DNA of 64,000 nucleotides, from the NCBI GenBank assembly GCA_965216315.1, contig CBDCFN010000016.1, positions 32,001 through 96,000 of the forward strand, given 5' to 3'. Position 1 is the stretch's first letter. Each line of letters starts with the position of its first letter. This DNA comes from a bacterium. Lineage in GTDB: Bacteria; UBA10199; 2-02-FULL-50-16; JAJFLM01. Shown piece after piece: positions 38,174 to 48,646 of this stretch. A model generated the notes under the pieces. That model was not told the DNA's origin, did no database searches, and saw only the letters and a list, made by a program, of their open reading frames with translations. A program made the translations under genes and the position numbers.

Positions 38174-39616
38174 ATGAGTGGGAATACGGCGACAATAAAT
38201 GATCCCTTACCGCGTTTTCTGATTGTTGACGATGACCCAACAATCGCGGCCGTGTTTCGGCAGATTGCGGAACGTAATGGGTGCGATTATGTGGTGGCGG
38301 CGGATGGTCGTGAGGCTCTTGATCGGATGGAAGCGGATGTTTTCGATATAGCTATTGTTGATGTTAATCTTCCTGATGTCAGCGGGCTGAAATTGCTTGA
38401 GAAAATCTGCGAGAAGCAAAGCGATACCGAGGTTATTATGATAACCGGGCAGGGCAGTGTTCAGAGCGCTGTGCGCTCGCTTAAACTTGGGGCTTATGAT
38501 TATCTCACTAAGCCTTTCGATGATATTTCACATATAGAACGCATTATTGAGAAAGCGCTCGAAAAAGTGCATTTGATGCGGCGCTTGCATTCTTGTGAGG
38601 ACCAGATTCTTGATGTTGAAGAATACAGTGGCATTGTTGGCAAGAGCCGTGAAATGCGGCAGATATATGGTCTTATTCAAAATATTTCCCATTCTACCAG
38701 TAACGTGTTGATTCAAGGTGAGTCGGGGACGGGTAAGGAACTTGTCGCGCGTGCAATTTATGCAAATAGTCCGCGTTCGGATAAACCGTTTGTCGTGATT
38801 AATTGTTCCGCGCTCGCTGAGACACTGCTTGAGAGTGAACTGTTTGGGCATGTTAAGGGTTCTTTTACAGGGGCGACACACAATAAAAAGGGTCTGTTTA
38901 CGGAAGCGGATGGGGGGACTATTTTTCTCGATGAAATTGGTGAGGTTCCGTTATCGATGCAGGTTAAGTTATTGAGGGCCCTTCAAGATGGAGAAGTCAG
39001 GCCCCTTGGATCGGATCGAGTCCATCATGTCGATGTTCGCGTTATTGCGGCGACCAATCGAGACCTTCAAGAGGCGATGAAACAAGGGATCTTTCGTGAA
39101 GACTTATACTATCGGCTAAATGTTATTGGAGTACGCTTGCCTTCGCTGCGCGACCGGCCCGAGGATATTCCCCTGCTTGCTTATCATTTCCTTAAGAAGA
39201 ATGCAGCGCGAGCGAAGAAGCCAGTCAAACAAATATCTGCAGATACCATGCAGACCCTTCGGGATTATAAATGGGCTGGCAATGTGCGAGAGCTTGAAAA
39301 TGTCATTGAAAGAGCCGTTGTCCTCTCAAGCGCGGAAACGCTGACTGCACGCGATCTTCCGCCCAAGCTGTTACGCCATGTTTTTTATGAAAAAGATGAA
39401 GATGATGGCCTTGCTGAATGGATGCATATGTCCTATAAGCAGGCCAAAGATAAGGCATTGACAGATTTCAATGTGAAGTACATTGGTGGATTGCTTCAGA
39501 TGACGCAGGGAAATATTTCGTTGGCATCACAGCGTGCTGGGATGGATCGTAACAACTTTAAGAAAATAATTAAGCGATACGACATTAATGCCAAGGCGTT
39601 CAAAAAAACTAGCTAG
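38174..39616 (+). CDS. Sigma-54-dependent response regulator (NtrC family)
   Basis: REC (DDD, D, KPF), GESGTGKE, GSFTGA. Confidence 0.93.
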   Translation: MSGNTATINDPLPRFLIVDDDPTIAAVFRQIAERNGCDYVVAADGREALDRMEADVFDIAIVDVNLPDVSGLKLLEKICEKQSDTEVIMITGQGSVQSAVRSLKLGAYDYLTKPFDDISHIERIIEKALEKVHLMRRLHSCEDQILDVEEYSGIVGKSREMRQIYGLIQNISHSTSNVLIQGESGTGKELVARAIYANSPRSDKPFVVINCSALAETLLESELFGHVKGSFTGATHNKKGLFTEADGGTIFLDEIGEVPLSMQVKLLRALQDGEVRPLGSDRVHHVDVRVIAATNRDLQEAMKQGIFREDLYYRLNVIGVRLPSLRDRPEDIPLLAYHFLKKNAARAKKPVKQISADTMQTLRDYKWAGNVRELENVIERAVVLSSAETLTARDLPPKLLRHVFYEKDEDDGLAEWMHMSYKQAKDKALTDFNVKYIGGLLQMTQGNISLASQRAGMDRNNFKKIIKRYDINAKAFKKTS

Positions 39617-41006
39617 TCAGCAGGCCCAATTGGATAGCCCGGAAGTTGCGGTTGTCTATATAAAGGAAGCTGTTCCGGACGAGTGGATTACCGCGCTTCG
39701 TGGTGAAGGGTATGAAGTCAGTGCCTATGCTATCAATGAATTTAGTACTCTAAGTCGCGTGGATCATTTGGATACAGTTGTACTCTCATTTGCGGATGGG
39801 GAACTGGATCAGGCTGTTCGTGCCGTTGCGGCGTGCCGTCACCTTAATGAGTACCTTCCGGTTATTTGCGTCGGACCGGTATCGCGAGTGGATGAAGTCG
39901 TCACGTTGATGAAGGCGGATTCTTACGATTGTCTCGAGACCCCCGTCGTCCTGCCACGTTTTCTGTTGGCTGTGTCGCATGCGATTGAAAATTACAAGCT
40001 GACTAAGCGGGTCAACTTGTTGGAGAGCCAGGTCCAGTGGGAAGGCCAGTTTGATAACCTCGTCGGGTTGAGTAACCAGATGCAAGAAGTGTTTCATATG
40101 GTCAAGACGGTGGCCAAGTCCAATGCCACTATCTTGATACTCGGCGAATCCGGGACAGGTAAAGAGCTGGTGGCTAAGGCGATCCATCGGCATTCCGGTC
40201 GCGATCCAAAGAAATTTATCGATATTAACTGCGGGGCGATTCCTAAGGAGCTACTGGAAAATGAACTGTTTGGGCACGAGCGTGGCGCTTATACGGGAGC
40301 TGACAGGCAGTATTTAGGCTCGGTAGAAAGGGCTGACAAGGGGACTTTATTCTTAGATGAAATTGGCGAGATGGAGTTGAATCTCCAAGTCAAGCTGTTA
40401 CGACTATTACAGGAAAGATCATTCCAGCGCATCGGCGGTAACGTCAAACATGAAGTTGATATTCGGGTGATTGCCTCAACTAATCGAAACTTGCGTGAAG
40501 AAGTTGATCAAGGAACGTTTCGTGAAGATTTATATTACCGGTTGAATGTCGTTCCTATCATTTTGCCTCCACTGCGTGAACGCAAAGAGGATATCCCTGT
40601 CTTAGCCAAACATTTTCTGGATAAATTTGCTGCCGAAAATCATCGCAAATTTAAAGATTTCACTCCAGAAGCCCTTCAGGCATTGGCTAATTTTGATTGG
40701 CCGGGAAATGTCCGCGAATTAGAAAATACAATAGAGCGCGTTGTCGTGCTGCATGATGAGGTGCGCGTGAAGCCCGTTCACTTGCCGCGTTTTGTGCAGC
40801 GCGCCGAAGGACGGCTCCCCGCACCCCCTTCGGGTAATCTTACGGATCCTTATCAGAAAGTCATTCCTTTGGCACAGGTAGAGCAATATGCCATTGAGTC
40901 GACGCTGGCTAAGTGCAATGGCGACGTCGTATTGGCGGCAAAAAAACTTCAAATCGGTCAAGCGACCCTTTATCGCAAGTTGAAAAGATACGGTATTAAG
41001 GTGTAG
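39588..41006 (+). CDS. Sigma-54 activator with degenerate receiver domain
   Basis: GESGTGKE, GAYTGA, HTH; REC lacks the acidic pocket, the phospho-Asp and the conserved Lys. Confidence 0.88.
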   Translation: MPRRSKKLASQQAQLDSPEVAVVYIKEAVPDEWITALRGEGYEVSAYAINEFSTLSRVDHLDTVVLSFADGELDQAVRAVAACRHLNEYLPVICVGPVSRVDEVVTLMKADSYDCLETPVVLPRFLLAVSHAIENYKLTKRVNLLESQVQWEGQFDNLVGLSNQMQEVFHMVKTVAKSNATILILGESGTGKELVAKAIHRHSGRDPKKFIDINCGAIPKELLENELFGHERGAYTGADRQYLGSVERADKGTLFLDEIGEMELNLQVKLLRLLQERSFQRIGGNVKHEVDIRVIASTNRNLREEVDQGTFREDLYYRLNVVPIILPPLRERKEDIPVLAKHFLDKFAAENHRKFKDFTPEALQALANFDWPGNVRELENTIERVVVLHDEVRVKPVHLPRFVQRAEGRLPAPPSGNLTDPYQKVIPLAQVEQYAIESTLAKCNGDVVLAAKKLQIGQATLYRKLKRYGIKV

Positions 41007-41054
41007 CCCCACCCCTACTTGACTTGTGTCGTGCAAGGGCAGATAGTTCGGTTT

Positions 41055-42317
41055 GTGTCTGATCTTATCATGAACGATTTGCTCGATCGTGAATATTTCG
41101 GAATGAAGTTGGGATTGAGAAAGATACGACGTATCTTGTCCCGCCTTGATCATCCGGAAGAAAAATTCAGTTCCATTCATATCGCAGGGACCAATGGTAA
41201 AGGCTCAACGGCGACAATGGTAGCCCGCATCCTTGAAGCCGGGCACTATCGTGTAGGTCTTTTTACTTCGCCACATCTGCAACAGTTGAATGAGAGATTT
41301 CAAATCAATGGGGAAAAAATCGCAAGCGAAGAACTAGATCGTCTCGCCGAAGAGGTGCAAGCTGTTGATGAAGACTCCGATCCTTTGTCTTTTTTCGAGT
41401 TCATAACCGTGATGGCTTTTTTGTATTTTGCGCATAAAAAAGTCGATGTTGCGGTTATCGAAGTAGGCCTCGGCGGTCGGTTGGATGCCACAAATGTTAT
41501 TCAACCGGACGTGTCAGTCATTACCGGAATATCGTTGGATCATCAACGTCATCTCGGTTCGACCTTGGAAAAAATAGCGACTGAAAAGGCGGGCATTATC
41601 AAAACAGGGATTCCTGTTTTCAGCAGTGAACGACGCCCTCATATTCGCCGTGTCTTATCGAAGGTTGCGCGTCAGAAAAAAACAAAAATTTGTTTTATTG
41701 ATGAACCGGAATGTCACAACGATGGAACGTTTAGTTGGGAGCATTTCCGAAAACTTTGGGTTCCCATGCTTGGAAATGGTCAGGCGCTTAATGCGGCCCT
41801 GGCGGTCGCTGTTGCTGAAGCTTTTCTGCAGCAACATGCTGAATGGCCGCTTTTGTCGCATACTTCTGTTTACCGCGGGCTCGCTTCGGCCATGATTCCG
41901 GGGAGGATGGAGATCGTGCATCGATCCCCTTTTGTTTTCTTGGATGGGGCTCACAATGAGGCGGCGGTGGACCATCTCGTGGCGACGTGTCGCAAGACTT
42001 TTAAAAAAGGGAAAATTCATTGTCTATTTGGAGCCATGGGAGATAAAGACTTTCCTCTGATGTTGAAAAGATTGCATCGGTTGGGTGGGGAACTGCACGT
42101 GACGGCTCCCAAAATGAAACGTGCGGTGCCGGCACAAAAACTTGTTGCGGCCGCAGCCTCTCAAGGATGGCCCGCGCAACAATATAAAGATTGTCGTACT
42201 GCGGTGCGCACATTGCTTGGTAAACTAAAGGCGAATGATACACTCGTCGTTACCGGATCGCTTTTCCTGGTCGGCGAGGCGCGCGCATGTTTCACAACTC
42301 CAGCCCTTGCCTCTTGA
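41055..42317 (+). CDS. folC: Folylpolyglutamate synthase/dihydrofolate synthase
   Basis: HIAGTNGKGST, TSPHL, EVGLGGRLDATN, DGAHN, VTGSLFLVG; start 41055 or 41070. Confidence 0.95.
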   Translation: MSDLIMNDLLDREYFGMKLGLRKIRRILSRLDHPEEKFSSIHIAGTNGKGSTATMVARILEAGHYRVGLFTSPHLQQLNERFQINGEKIASEELDRLAEEVQAVDEDSDPLSFFEFITVMAFLYFAHKKVDVAVIEVGLGGRLDATNVIQPDVSVITGISLDHQRHLGSTLEKIATEKAGIIKTGIPVFSSERRPHIRRVLSKVARQKKTKICFIDEPECHNDGTFSWEHFRKLWVPMLGNGQALNAALAVAVAEAFLQQHAEWPLLSHTSVYRGLASAMIPGRMEIVHRSPFVFLDGAHNEAAVDHLVATCRKTFKKGKIHCLFGAMGDKDFPLMLKRLHRLGGELHVTAPKMKRAVPAQKLVAAAASQGWPAQQYKDCRTAVRTLLGKLKANDTLVVTGSLFLVGEARACFTTPALAS

Positions 42318-42342
42318 GTGGGAGAGAGATATAAATAGAGCT

Positions 42343-42675
42343 ATGAATGAGGCGGAGCTAAAGGAAGCTATTTCTGAGGCTATTAGTTGCCATATTCCCT
42401 TTCAAATTCCGGATAATCTAGATTTCCTTACCGTGGCTCATGCGGTTGCTGATGTGGCTGCAGAGAGTGGTTATGTGAAGGAGTTCCCCAAAAAATTTAA
42501 GCATAAGACGTGGGCCTTTCATATGAGCCTGGAGCATGGGCTTCGTTGGGGCTATGTCAGAAATGATCATAAAGTTGGTTGGATGGAAGCACGCGAAACA
42601 ACGCCTCTCCCCGAGCGTGATTATGTCATCCGGAATTCGGACCCTGTGTTTGGACACAGGGCCGACCTTCTGTAA
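42343..42675 (+). CDS. Hypothetical protein (110 aa)
   Basis: ORF filling the folC-TVP38 gap; ATG 7 nt after TATAAA. Confidence 0.55.
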   Translation: MNEAELKEAISEAISCHIPFQIPDNLDFLTVAHAVADVAAESGYVKEFPKKFKHKTWAFHMSLEHGLRWGYVRNDHKVGWMEARETTPLPERDYVIRNSDPVFGHRADLL

Positions 42676-42707
42676 CTTGGCACCTCACGAGTAGGTTCAT
42701 ATATAGT

Positions 42708-43445
42708 ATGAAGAGATTATTTTCTAAACGTGGGCTTGGAATAATGTCGGCAATTGCGCTGATTGTTTTCGCCTCTGTGGCTTTGCGTCGCGAAGATGGG
42801 TTGGAGCAGGCCCTGATGTGGATTGAGAGTAAAGAGGCCGGTGTTAGCCTATTGTTATTTTCTCTTTATCTGCCAGCGGCGATTGTATTTATTCCTCCAT
42901 TTCTTATCTCTCTGGTCGTAGGTTATATGTTAGGATTTTTTCCAGGCGTAATAATAATTTCGATAGGGAACACGATTGGTGCAGTGGTTGCCTTTTATTT
43001 CGGACGGTTTGTGGCACGGAAATTTGTTGAAGATAAATTGAGAGGGCATCGAAAATTTCAGGCTCTCGATCACGCAGTTGGGCGCCAAGGATTTCGGGTT
43101 GTCTTTCTTACCCGGGTAGCGCCTTTTTTGTCATACAATGTGTTGAATTATATGTATGGTCTCACTCAGGTTTCAGCACGTGACTATATACTGGGGACAT
43201 GGCTTGGTATGATCCCGGCCTCAATTGTCCTGGCTTTTTTGGGGGCTTCGGCCAAGGGTGTGCCTGAAATCCTGGCGAATCCCACCTTGGGAGTGATGCG
43301 GCATCCCTATTGGCTCGGCGCGGGCCTCATCGCCACAATTGCAATTGTTGTCGTGCTGTTTCGTCGGATAAATCAGGCCTTTAGGCGTTTTGAGCTCAAT
43401 CTTCCTGATGCTGATGAGAGCGGGGTTGACATTATCTTGGACTAG
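42708..43445 (+). CDS. TVP38/TMEM64 (DedA/SNARE-associated) membrane protein
   Basis: [31 protein letters not shown]. Confidence 0.88.
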   Translation: MKRLFSKRGLGIMSAIALIVFASVALRREDGLEQALMWIESKEAGVSLLLFSLYLPAAIVFIPPFLISLVVGYMLGFFPGVIIISIGNTIGAVVAFYFGRFVARKFVEDKLRGHRKFQALDHAVGRQGFRVVFLTRVAPFLSYNVLNYMYGLTQVSARDYILGTWLGMIPASIVLAFLGASAKGVPEILANPTLGVMRHPYWLGAGLIATIAIVVVLFRRINQAFRRFELNLPDADESGVDIILD

Positions 43446-43461
43446 AGAAAAACTCTCGTTT

Positions 43462-44433
43462 ATGTCGATTATTCAACGTCCCCGCCGCTTGAGACGCAAT
43501 GCCGCCATCCGTCGGCTGGTTCGCGAAACCCGTCTCGATCAGGCTGATCTCATTCAGCCGCTTTTTATTGACCAAAATCTCGATGAACCCCAGCCGGTCG
43601 AATCCATGCCGGGAGTCCTGCGCTATTCGTTGAATACGATAGCGGCGGAAGCGGCATCGATAGGGGAGCAAGGAGTTTCAGCCGTCATCCTGTTCGGCAT
43701 TCCGAGTGCTAAGGATGAACGGGCGAGTCAGGCCTACGCGGCTGACGGTGTGATCCAGCAGTCTATTGCTGCGATTAAGGATCGGGTACCGGAACTTTCC
43801 GTGCTCACGGATGTCTGCCTCTGTGAGTATATGTCCCATGGTCATTGTGGGATTATCGATGGGGAGAAGATTCTTAATGATCCAACCCTGGAGTTATTAG
43901 CCAAGACGGCGCTCAGTCATGCTGAAGCGGGAGCGGATATGGTGGCGCCCTCGGACATGATGGACGGGCGCGTCGGGGTAATCAGGCATAGTTTGGATGA
44001 GAATGGGTTTCAGGACATTCCTCTCATGAGTTATGCGGTGAAGTATGCCTCGGCCTTCTATGGGCCCTTTCGCGATGCGGCGGCTTCGGCGCCGCGTTTT
44101 GGGGATCGCGCGAGTTATCAGATGGACCCGGCGAATATTCGCGAAGCCCTGCGGGAAGCCGAGCTCGATGTCCAAGAAGGGGCCGATATTCTGATGGTAA
44201 AACCGGCGTTGCCTTATCTCGATGTCTTAGCCAATTTAAGGCAGATTCATGACGTTCCCTTGGCCGCCTATCACGTCAGCGGCGAATATGCCCAATTAAA
44301 GGCCGCGGCGGAACGGGGTTGGCTCGATGAAAAGAGGTCGGTGTTAGAAGCGCTGACCTCGATTAAACGCGCCGGGGCCGATTTGATCCTGACTTACTAC
44401 GCGAAACAGGCTGCCGAATGGTTGAATGATTAA
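43462..44433 (+). CDS. hemB: Porphobilinogen synthase
   Basis: [46 protein letters not shown]. Confidence 0.97.
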   Translation: MSIIQRPRRLRRNAAIRRLVRETRLDQADLIQPLFIDQNLDEPQPVESMPGVLRYSLNTIAAEAASIGEQGVSAVILFGIPSAKDERASQAYAADGVIQQSIAAIKDRVPELSVLTDVCLCEYMSHGHCGIIDGEKILNDPTLELLAKTALSHAEAGADMVAPSDMMDGRVGVIRHSLDENGFQDIPLMSYAVKYASAFYGPFRDAAASAPRFGDRASYQMDPANIREALREAELDVQEGADILMVKPALPYLDVLANLRQIHDVPLAAYHVSGEYAQLKAAAERGWLDEKRSVLEALTSIKRAGADLILTYYAKQAAEWLND

Positions 44434-47084
44434 TGTCTGAAACCCTCTATTTAGTCGATGGCAGCGGGTACATCTTTCGGGCTTATTATGCCGTTCGGCC
44501 CTTGAATAACTCCAAGGGCCTGCCGACCAACGCCCTCTATGGCTTTACGACGATGTTGATGAAGTTGATCCGGGAAAAAAAGCCGGATCATTTGGCGGTG
44601 ATTTTTGATGCCGGCCGCAAGACCTTTCGCAATCGCGAGTATCCCGAATATAAGGCCAACCGCCTGGAGCCGCCGGAAGATCTCATTCCCCAGTTTCCGT
44701 ATTTCCCCAAGATCGTTGAGGCCCTGAATATTCCTTGTCTGAAGCTGGAAGATTATGAAGCGGATGACATCATTGCGACGATTGCACGAGGCCTCAGTTC
44801 GAAGAAACTTAAGACGGTGATCGTGACGGGCGACAAGGATCTCATGCAGCTGGTGTCGGACGGTATCACCTTACTAGACACGATGAAAGATAAGGTGATT
44901 AGCTTTGATGAGGTTAAGGAGCGCTTTGGGGTCGGGCCCGAACGCGTGACCGACATACTCGGGATGGCCGGAGATACTTCGGATAATATCCCCGGGATTC
45001 CCGGTGTCGGCGAAAAGACGGCGGCGAAGTTATTACACCAATACGACAGCCTGGAAGGGGTGATTGAACACGCCGATGAACTCAAGGGCAAGATGGGTGA
45101 AAAGGTCCGGGCCAATATCGAAGAGGCGCGCTTGTTTAAGCGCTTGGCGACGGTCAAAGATGACGTGCCGATCGATTATAACTTTGATGATTTCAAATTG
45201 AGTGATCCGGATCCGGAGGCGGTGCGCTCGATTTTTTCCGAGTTGGAATTTCATACTTTGACGGGTGATGTCGCCCCGGAAAAGACGCTTTCACCCGAAA
45301 AATATAAGTTGGTTAAGACGAAGCCCGAACTGAAAGCCATGATTAAGGCGTTGGAAAAGAGCCAAGGCTATGCCCTCGATACGGAGACCACGTCGCTTGA
45401 TGCAATGCAGGCCGAGCTGGTCGGGATGTCGTTTTCAGCGGCGCCGGGGGAGGCCTACTATGTGCCGGTCGGTCATGTGAACGTCGATCAACAGGTCGAC
45501 CGAGCGGAAGCGCTTGAAGCATTGAGGCCCTTGTTGGAGGACGGCAAGGTGCCTCAGTATGGTCAGAATATCAAATATGACTACACGGTGTTACAGCGCC
45601 ACGGGATCGAACTTGGATCGATCGAGTTTGATACGATGATTGCCGCCTATTGTGTGAATCCCTCCGGTAGCCATGGCATGGATGCGCTCTCGCTCGAGTA
45701 TCTCAGCCACAAATGCATGAGTTATAAAGATGTCGTCGGGACGGGTAAAAAACAGATTTCATTTGCCGAAGTACCGCTCAGTCAAGCCTGTCTGTATGCG
45801 GCTGAAGATGCGGATGTGACGTATCGTCTCGCGCTGATCTTAAAGCAGCGGCTCAAAGAGGAAAAACAAGAGGAGTTGTTTCAAACCTTGGAAATGCCGT
45901 TGATGCATGTCTTGATACGGATGGAAGTGGCGGGGGTCAAGCTAGATCAAAAACAGCTCACGGTTCTCTCTAAAGAATATGAAAAGAAAATCGAAAAGCT
46001 GACCGAGCAGATCTATAAAGATGCGGGCGAAGAATTTAATATTAAATCAACCAAGCAATTGGGTCAGATACTCTTTGATAAAATGGAAATTCCCGTCGTC
46101 CGTAAGACCAAGACCGGTTATTCGACGGATACGGAAGTTCTGACGACACTCGCCGATGACTATCCGATTGCCGAGCGACTGCTCGAGTACAGGGCTTTGA
46201 CCAAGTTGAAATCGACTTATGTCGATGCGCTTCCTGAATTGATCAATGCTCAAACCGGCCGCATTCATACATCTTTCAATCAAACCGTGGCGGCAACGGG
46301 ACGCTTGTCATCGAGTGATCCGAATTTGCAAAATATTCCGATTCGCTCGGAAGAAGGTAAGCGGATTCGGGAGGCCTTTGTGGCGGAGAAAGGCCATGTC
46401 TTTCTCGACGCGGACTATTCGCAGATTGAACTGAGGATACTCGCACACATGTCGCAAGATCCTCAGTTGTTGGATGCCTTCGAGAACGACGTCGACATCC
46501 ATAGCCGCACGGCGGCTGGATTGTTTGGGGTCAAGGAAGCCGATGTTGATGAAGAGCAGCGGGCCGTGGCCAAGACGGTCAACTTCGGCGTGCTCTATGG
46601 TCAGAGTGCCTATGGGCTATCGGGACAATTAGGGATTGAGATGGGTGAGGCCAAGGCCTACATTGATAATTTTTATGCGACTTATGCCAAGGTGGGCCCC
46701 TATAAAGAAAAGATTCTCCATGATGCGGCCCAGAAAGGTTATGTCGAGACTTTGCTGGGACGTCGCCGCTTCTTTCCTGACTTGAAGACTGCGAATAAAA
46801 TGGCTCGTGCTAATATGGAACGCATGGCTTTTAACACGGTTTTCCAGGGCAGTGCCGCCGATATCATCAAAAAAGCGATGATCGATTTGGATCAAGCGCT
46901 TGCTTCAATGAAAGCGCGGATGATCTTGCAAGTGCATGACGAATTGATCGTGGAGACGCCCGATGCGGAGATCGAGAAAGTTAAAAAGTTGATGGAAGAT
47001 ACTATGTCAGGTGCGGCCGACCTCAAAGTGCCCCTTAAAATCTCACTCGGTTCCGGCCCCAATTGGGCGGCAGCGAAAAGTTAA
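44433..47084 (+). CDS. polA: DNA polymerase I
   Basis: 5'-3' exonuclease (LVDGS, EADD, GD.SDNIPG), DTETT proofreading motif, DYSQIELR, QVHDEL. Confidence 0.98.
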   Translation: MSETLYLVDGSGYIFRAYYAVRPLNNSKGLPTNALYGFTTMLMKLIREKKPDHLAVIFDAGRKTFRNREYPEYKANRLEPPEDLIPQFPYFPKIVEALNIPCLKLEDYEADDIIATIARGLSSKKLKTVIVTGDKDLMQLVSDGITLLDTMKDKVISFDEVKERFGVGPERVTDILGMAGDTSDNIPGIPGVGEKTAAKLLHQYDSLEGVIEHADELKGKMGEKVRANIEEARLFKRLATVKDDVPIDYNFDDFKLSDPDPEAVRSIFSELEFHTLTGDVAPEKTLSPEKYKLVKTKPELKAMIKALEKSQGYALDTETTSLDAMQAELVGMSFSAAPGEAYYVPVGHVNVDQQVDRAEALEALRPLLEDGKVPQYGQNIKYDYTVLQRHGIELGSIEFDTMIAAYCVNPSGSHGMDALSLEYLSHKCMSYKDVVGTGKKQISFAEVPLSQACLYAAEDADVTYRLALILKQRLKEEKQEELFQTLEMPLMHVLIRMEVAGVKLDQKQLTVLSKEYEKKIEKLTEQIYKDAGEEFNIKSTKQLGQILFDKMEIPVVRKTKTGYSTDTEVLTTLADDYPIAERLLEYRALTKLKSTYVDALPELINAQTGRIHTSFNQTVAATGRLSSSDPNLQNIPIRSEEGKRIREAFVAEKGHVFLDADYSQIELRILAHMSQDPQLLDAFENDVDIHSRTAAGLFGVKEADVDEEQRAVAKTVNFGVLYGQSAYGLSGQLGIEMGEAKAYIDNFYATYAKVGPYKEKILHDAAQKGYVETLLGRRRFFPDLKTANKMARANMERMAFNTVFQGSAADIIKKAMIDLDQALASMKARMILQVHDELIVETPDAEIEKVKKLMEDTMSGAADLKVPLKISLGSGPNWAAAKS

Positions 47085-47086
47085 AC

Positions 47087-48088
47087 TTATATGCCCAAGA
47101 GCATGTCCCAGAAGGTCGCCCAGACTCGCTCGGGCGGTTCACGGAAGTTGTCATAGATAACGTGGTGGTTGGGCAATTCAGGATAAATATATATCCCCCA
47201 CAGAGGACGCACTTTGTTCGGCAGATAAGAGTAACGCAGATCACCGAGCACGAACGAATGTTCGGGATGCCAAGCGAGATACTGATCCGAGAAATGGGCG
47301 AAGCGTAGAATATCGCGGTACTGTCGTGAGTCGGTGGGGACAAATTTCTTTAACATTTCAGTGGTCACTTGTTTGATCGATTCCCCTGGATAGACACGCG
47401 GCGGGCCGACAAGACCGACGCGAATGCCATCCATATAGTAGTTTCCGTTGGCGACGTAGATGCCGCGCCAGAGAAAGAGATTGCCCAGAGTGGGTTTCAC
47501 GGTGACGCGCGCGATCGTTTCATGGCCGCGTTTGGCTGCGATGTCATGGAGGACGGCTTCGGCCCGTTCGCGTTGCAGGAGACCGAGGCTCATATAAGTG
47601 AAGATAAAAATTACGCCCCAGCGCGCGAAGCGCGGATTCTTAAACAGGTACGCGAGCAGGATAAGGGCCGACAAGGTGATGGTGAAAACGGGGTCTATAA
47701 TCGAGATGATATCCCAGGCGAAGCGCTTATTAGAGAAAGGCCACAGCAGATGCGTGCCGTAACTCGTGCACGCGTCCAGCAGGCCATGAGTGGCATAGCC
47801 GAGCGTCGCGAAGAGGTAGGCCTTTTTGAAGGACAGTTTTTTTCGAAACAGGGGCCAGGCCAGCAGGGTGCCGGCGAGCCCTCCGACGGGAATAAAGACC
47901 AAAGAATGAGTGAAGTGGCGGTGATACTCGAGCCACAGAAGAGGGTCACTATCCGAGCGGATGAAGATGTCGAGATCCGCCAGCATGCCGGCCAGGGCCC
48001 CAATCAGCGTAATCAGGCGCAGCTCTTTCTTGGCAGAGACACTCTGAGGGACGACGGCGCCGAGGGCGGCCTGGCTCAAGGGGTCCAT
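47087..48088 (-). CDS. Inner-membrane metal-dependent hydrolase (YdjM-like)
   Basis: MDPLSQ..LGA, DLD, HRHFTHS, H.LLD.CTSYGT.LLWPF. Confidence 0.85.
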   Translation of the reverse strand: MDPLSQAALGAVVPQSVSAKKELRLITLIGALAGMLADLDIFIRSDSDPLLWLEYHRHFTHSLVFIPVGGLAGTLLAWPLFRKKLSFKKAYLFATLGYATHGLLDACTSYGTHLLWPFSNKRFAWDIISIIDPVFTITLSALILLAYLFKNPRFARWGVIFIFTYMSLGLLQRERAEAVLHDIAAKRGHETIARVTVKPTLGNLFLWRGIYVANGNYYMDGIRVGLVGPPRVYPGESIKQVTTEMLKKFVPTDSRQYRDILRFAHFSDQYLAWHPEHSFVLGDLRYSYLPNKVRPLWGIYIYPELPNHHVIYDNFREPPERVWATFWDMLLGI

Positions 48089-48153
48089 ATAGGTAAGGTA
48101 TACCGCCTATCAAAAAGTTTGTCACTCGGCTGCGGCCGGAGGAACCATTTGGA

Positions 48154-48480
48154 TCACTTTTTCCATGGCTCCTTGTATCGGCAAGTTTGATAAATCTCTA
48201 TCACTTTATCACGAGCATCATCGATATCTGATATTTCATTTGCATACTTCACTGTTCTAGCTGCTGACCTTCGATCATTTGCCGAGTAGTTCTTCAGAAA
48301 TTCTTCATCAATAGCGGTGCGCTTCGTTTCTAATCTGTGCAATAATGTGGGTGCATACGCAGTAAATGCTTGGCAGCTCTTATCCTCCAGTCGTGCTGGA
48401 TCAGTGACGGTTTCAGCTAAGTGAGTTGCAGTCTCTCCTATCTGTCTTGTGAATTGCGAAATTTTATCCATAAGGCCCAT
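48154..48480 (-). CDS. Hypothetical protein (108 aa) under a sigma-54 promoter
   Basis: AGGAGG RBS; upstream -24/-12 element. Confidence 0.7.
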   Translation of the reverse strand: MGLMDKISQFTRQIGETATHLAETVTDPARLEDKSCQAFTAYAPTLLHRLETKRTAIDEEFLKNYSANDRRSAARTVKYANEISDIDDARDKVIEIYQTCRYKEPWKK

Positions 48481-48518
48481 AACTTTTCCTCCTGTGGTTG
48501 CTTGCGAAGCACTTGTAT

Positions 48519-48535
48519 AGCAAGGGGGATGCCAA
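48519..48535 (-). promoter_or_regulatory. Sigma-54 promoter
   Basis: Minus strand TTGGCATcccccTTGCT (GG-N10-GC). Confidence 0.75.
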
Positions 48536-48646
48536 CCAGGCCTCCTAATAACATACTGTAATTATTAAGTTTATCTTAGGAGCTGGATTTTGCGGACGGG
48601 GAAATTGTATCGAGTTGAGCCATATTGGCGTATCAGAACGTCATAT

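Noticed and set aside
41003..41018. GTAGCCCCACCCCTAC as a further REP copy
   Set aside because: Too short and not self-complementary beyond GTAG/CTAC.
47369..48190. 273-aa plus-strand ORF
   Set aside because: Antisense to a recognisable YdjM-like hydrolase.
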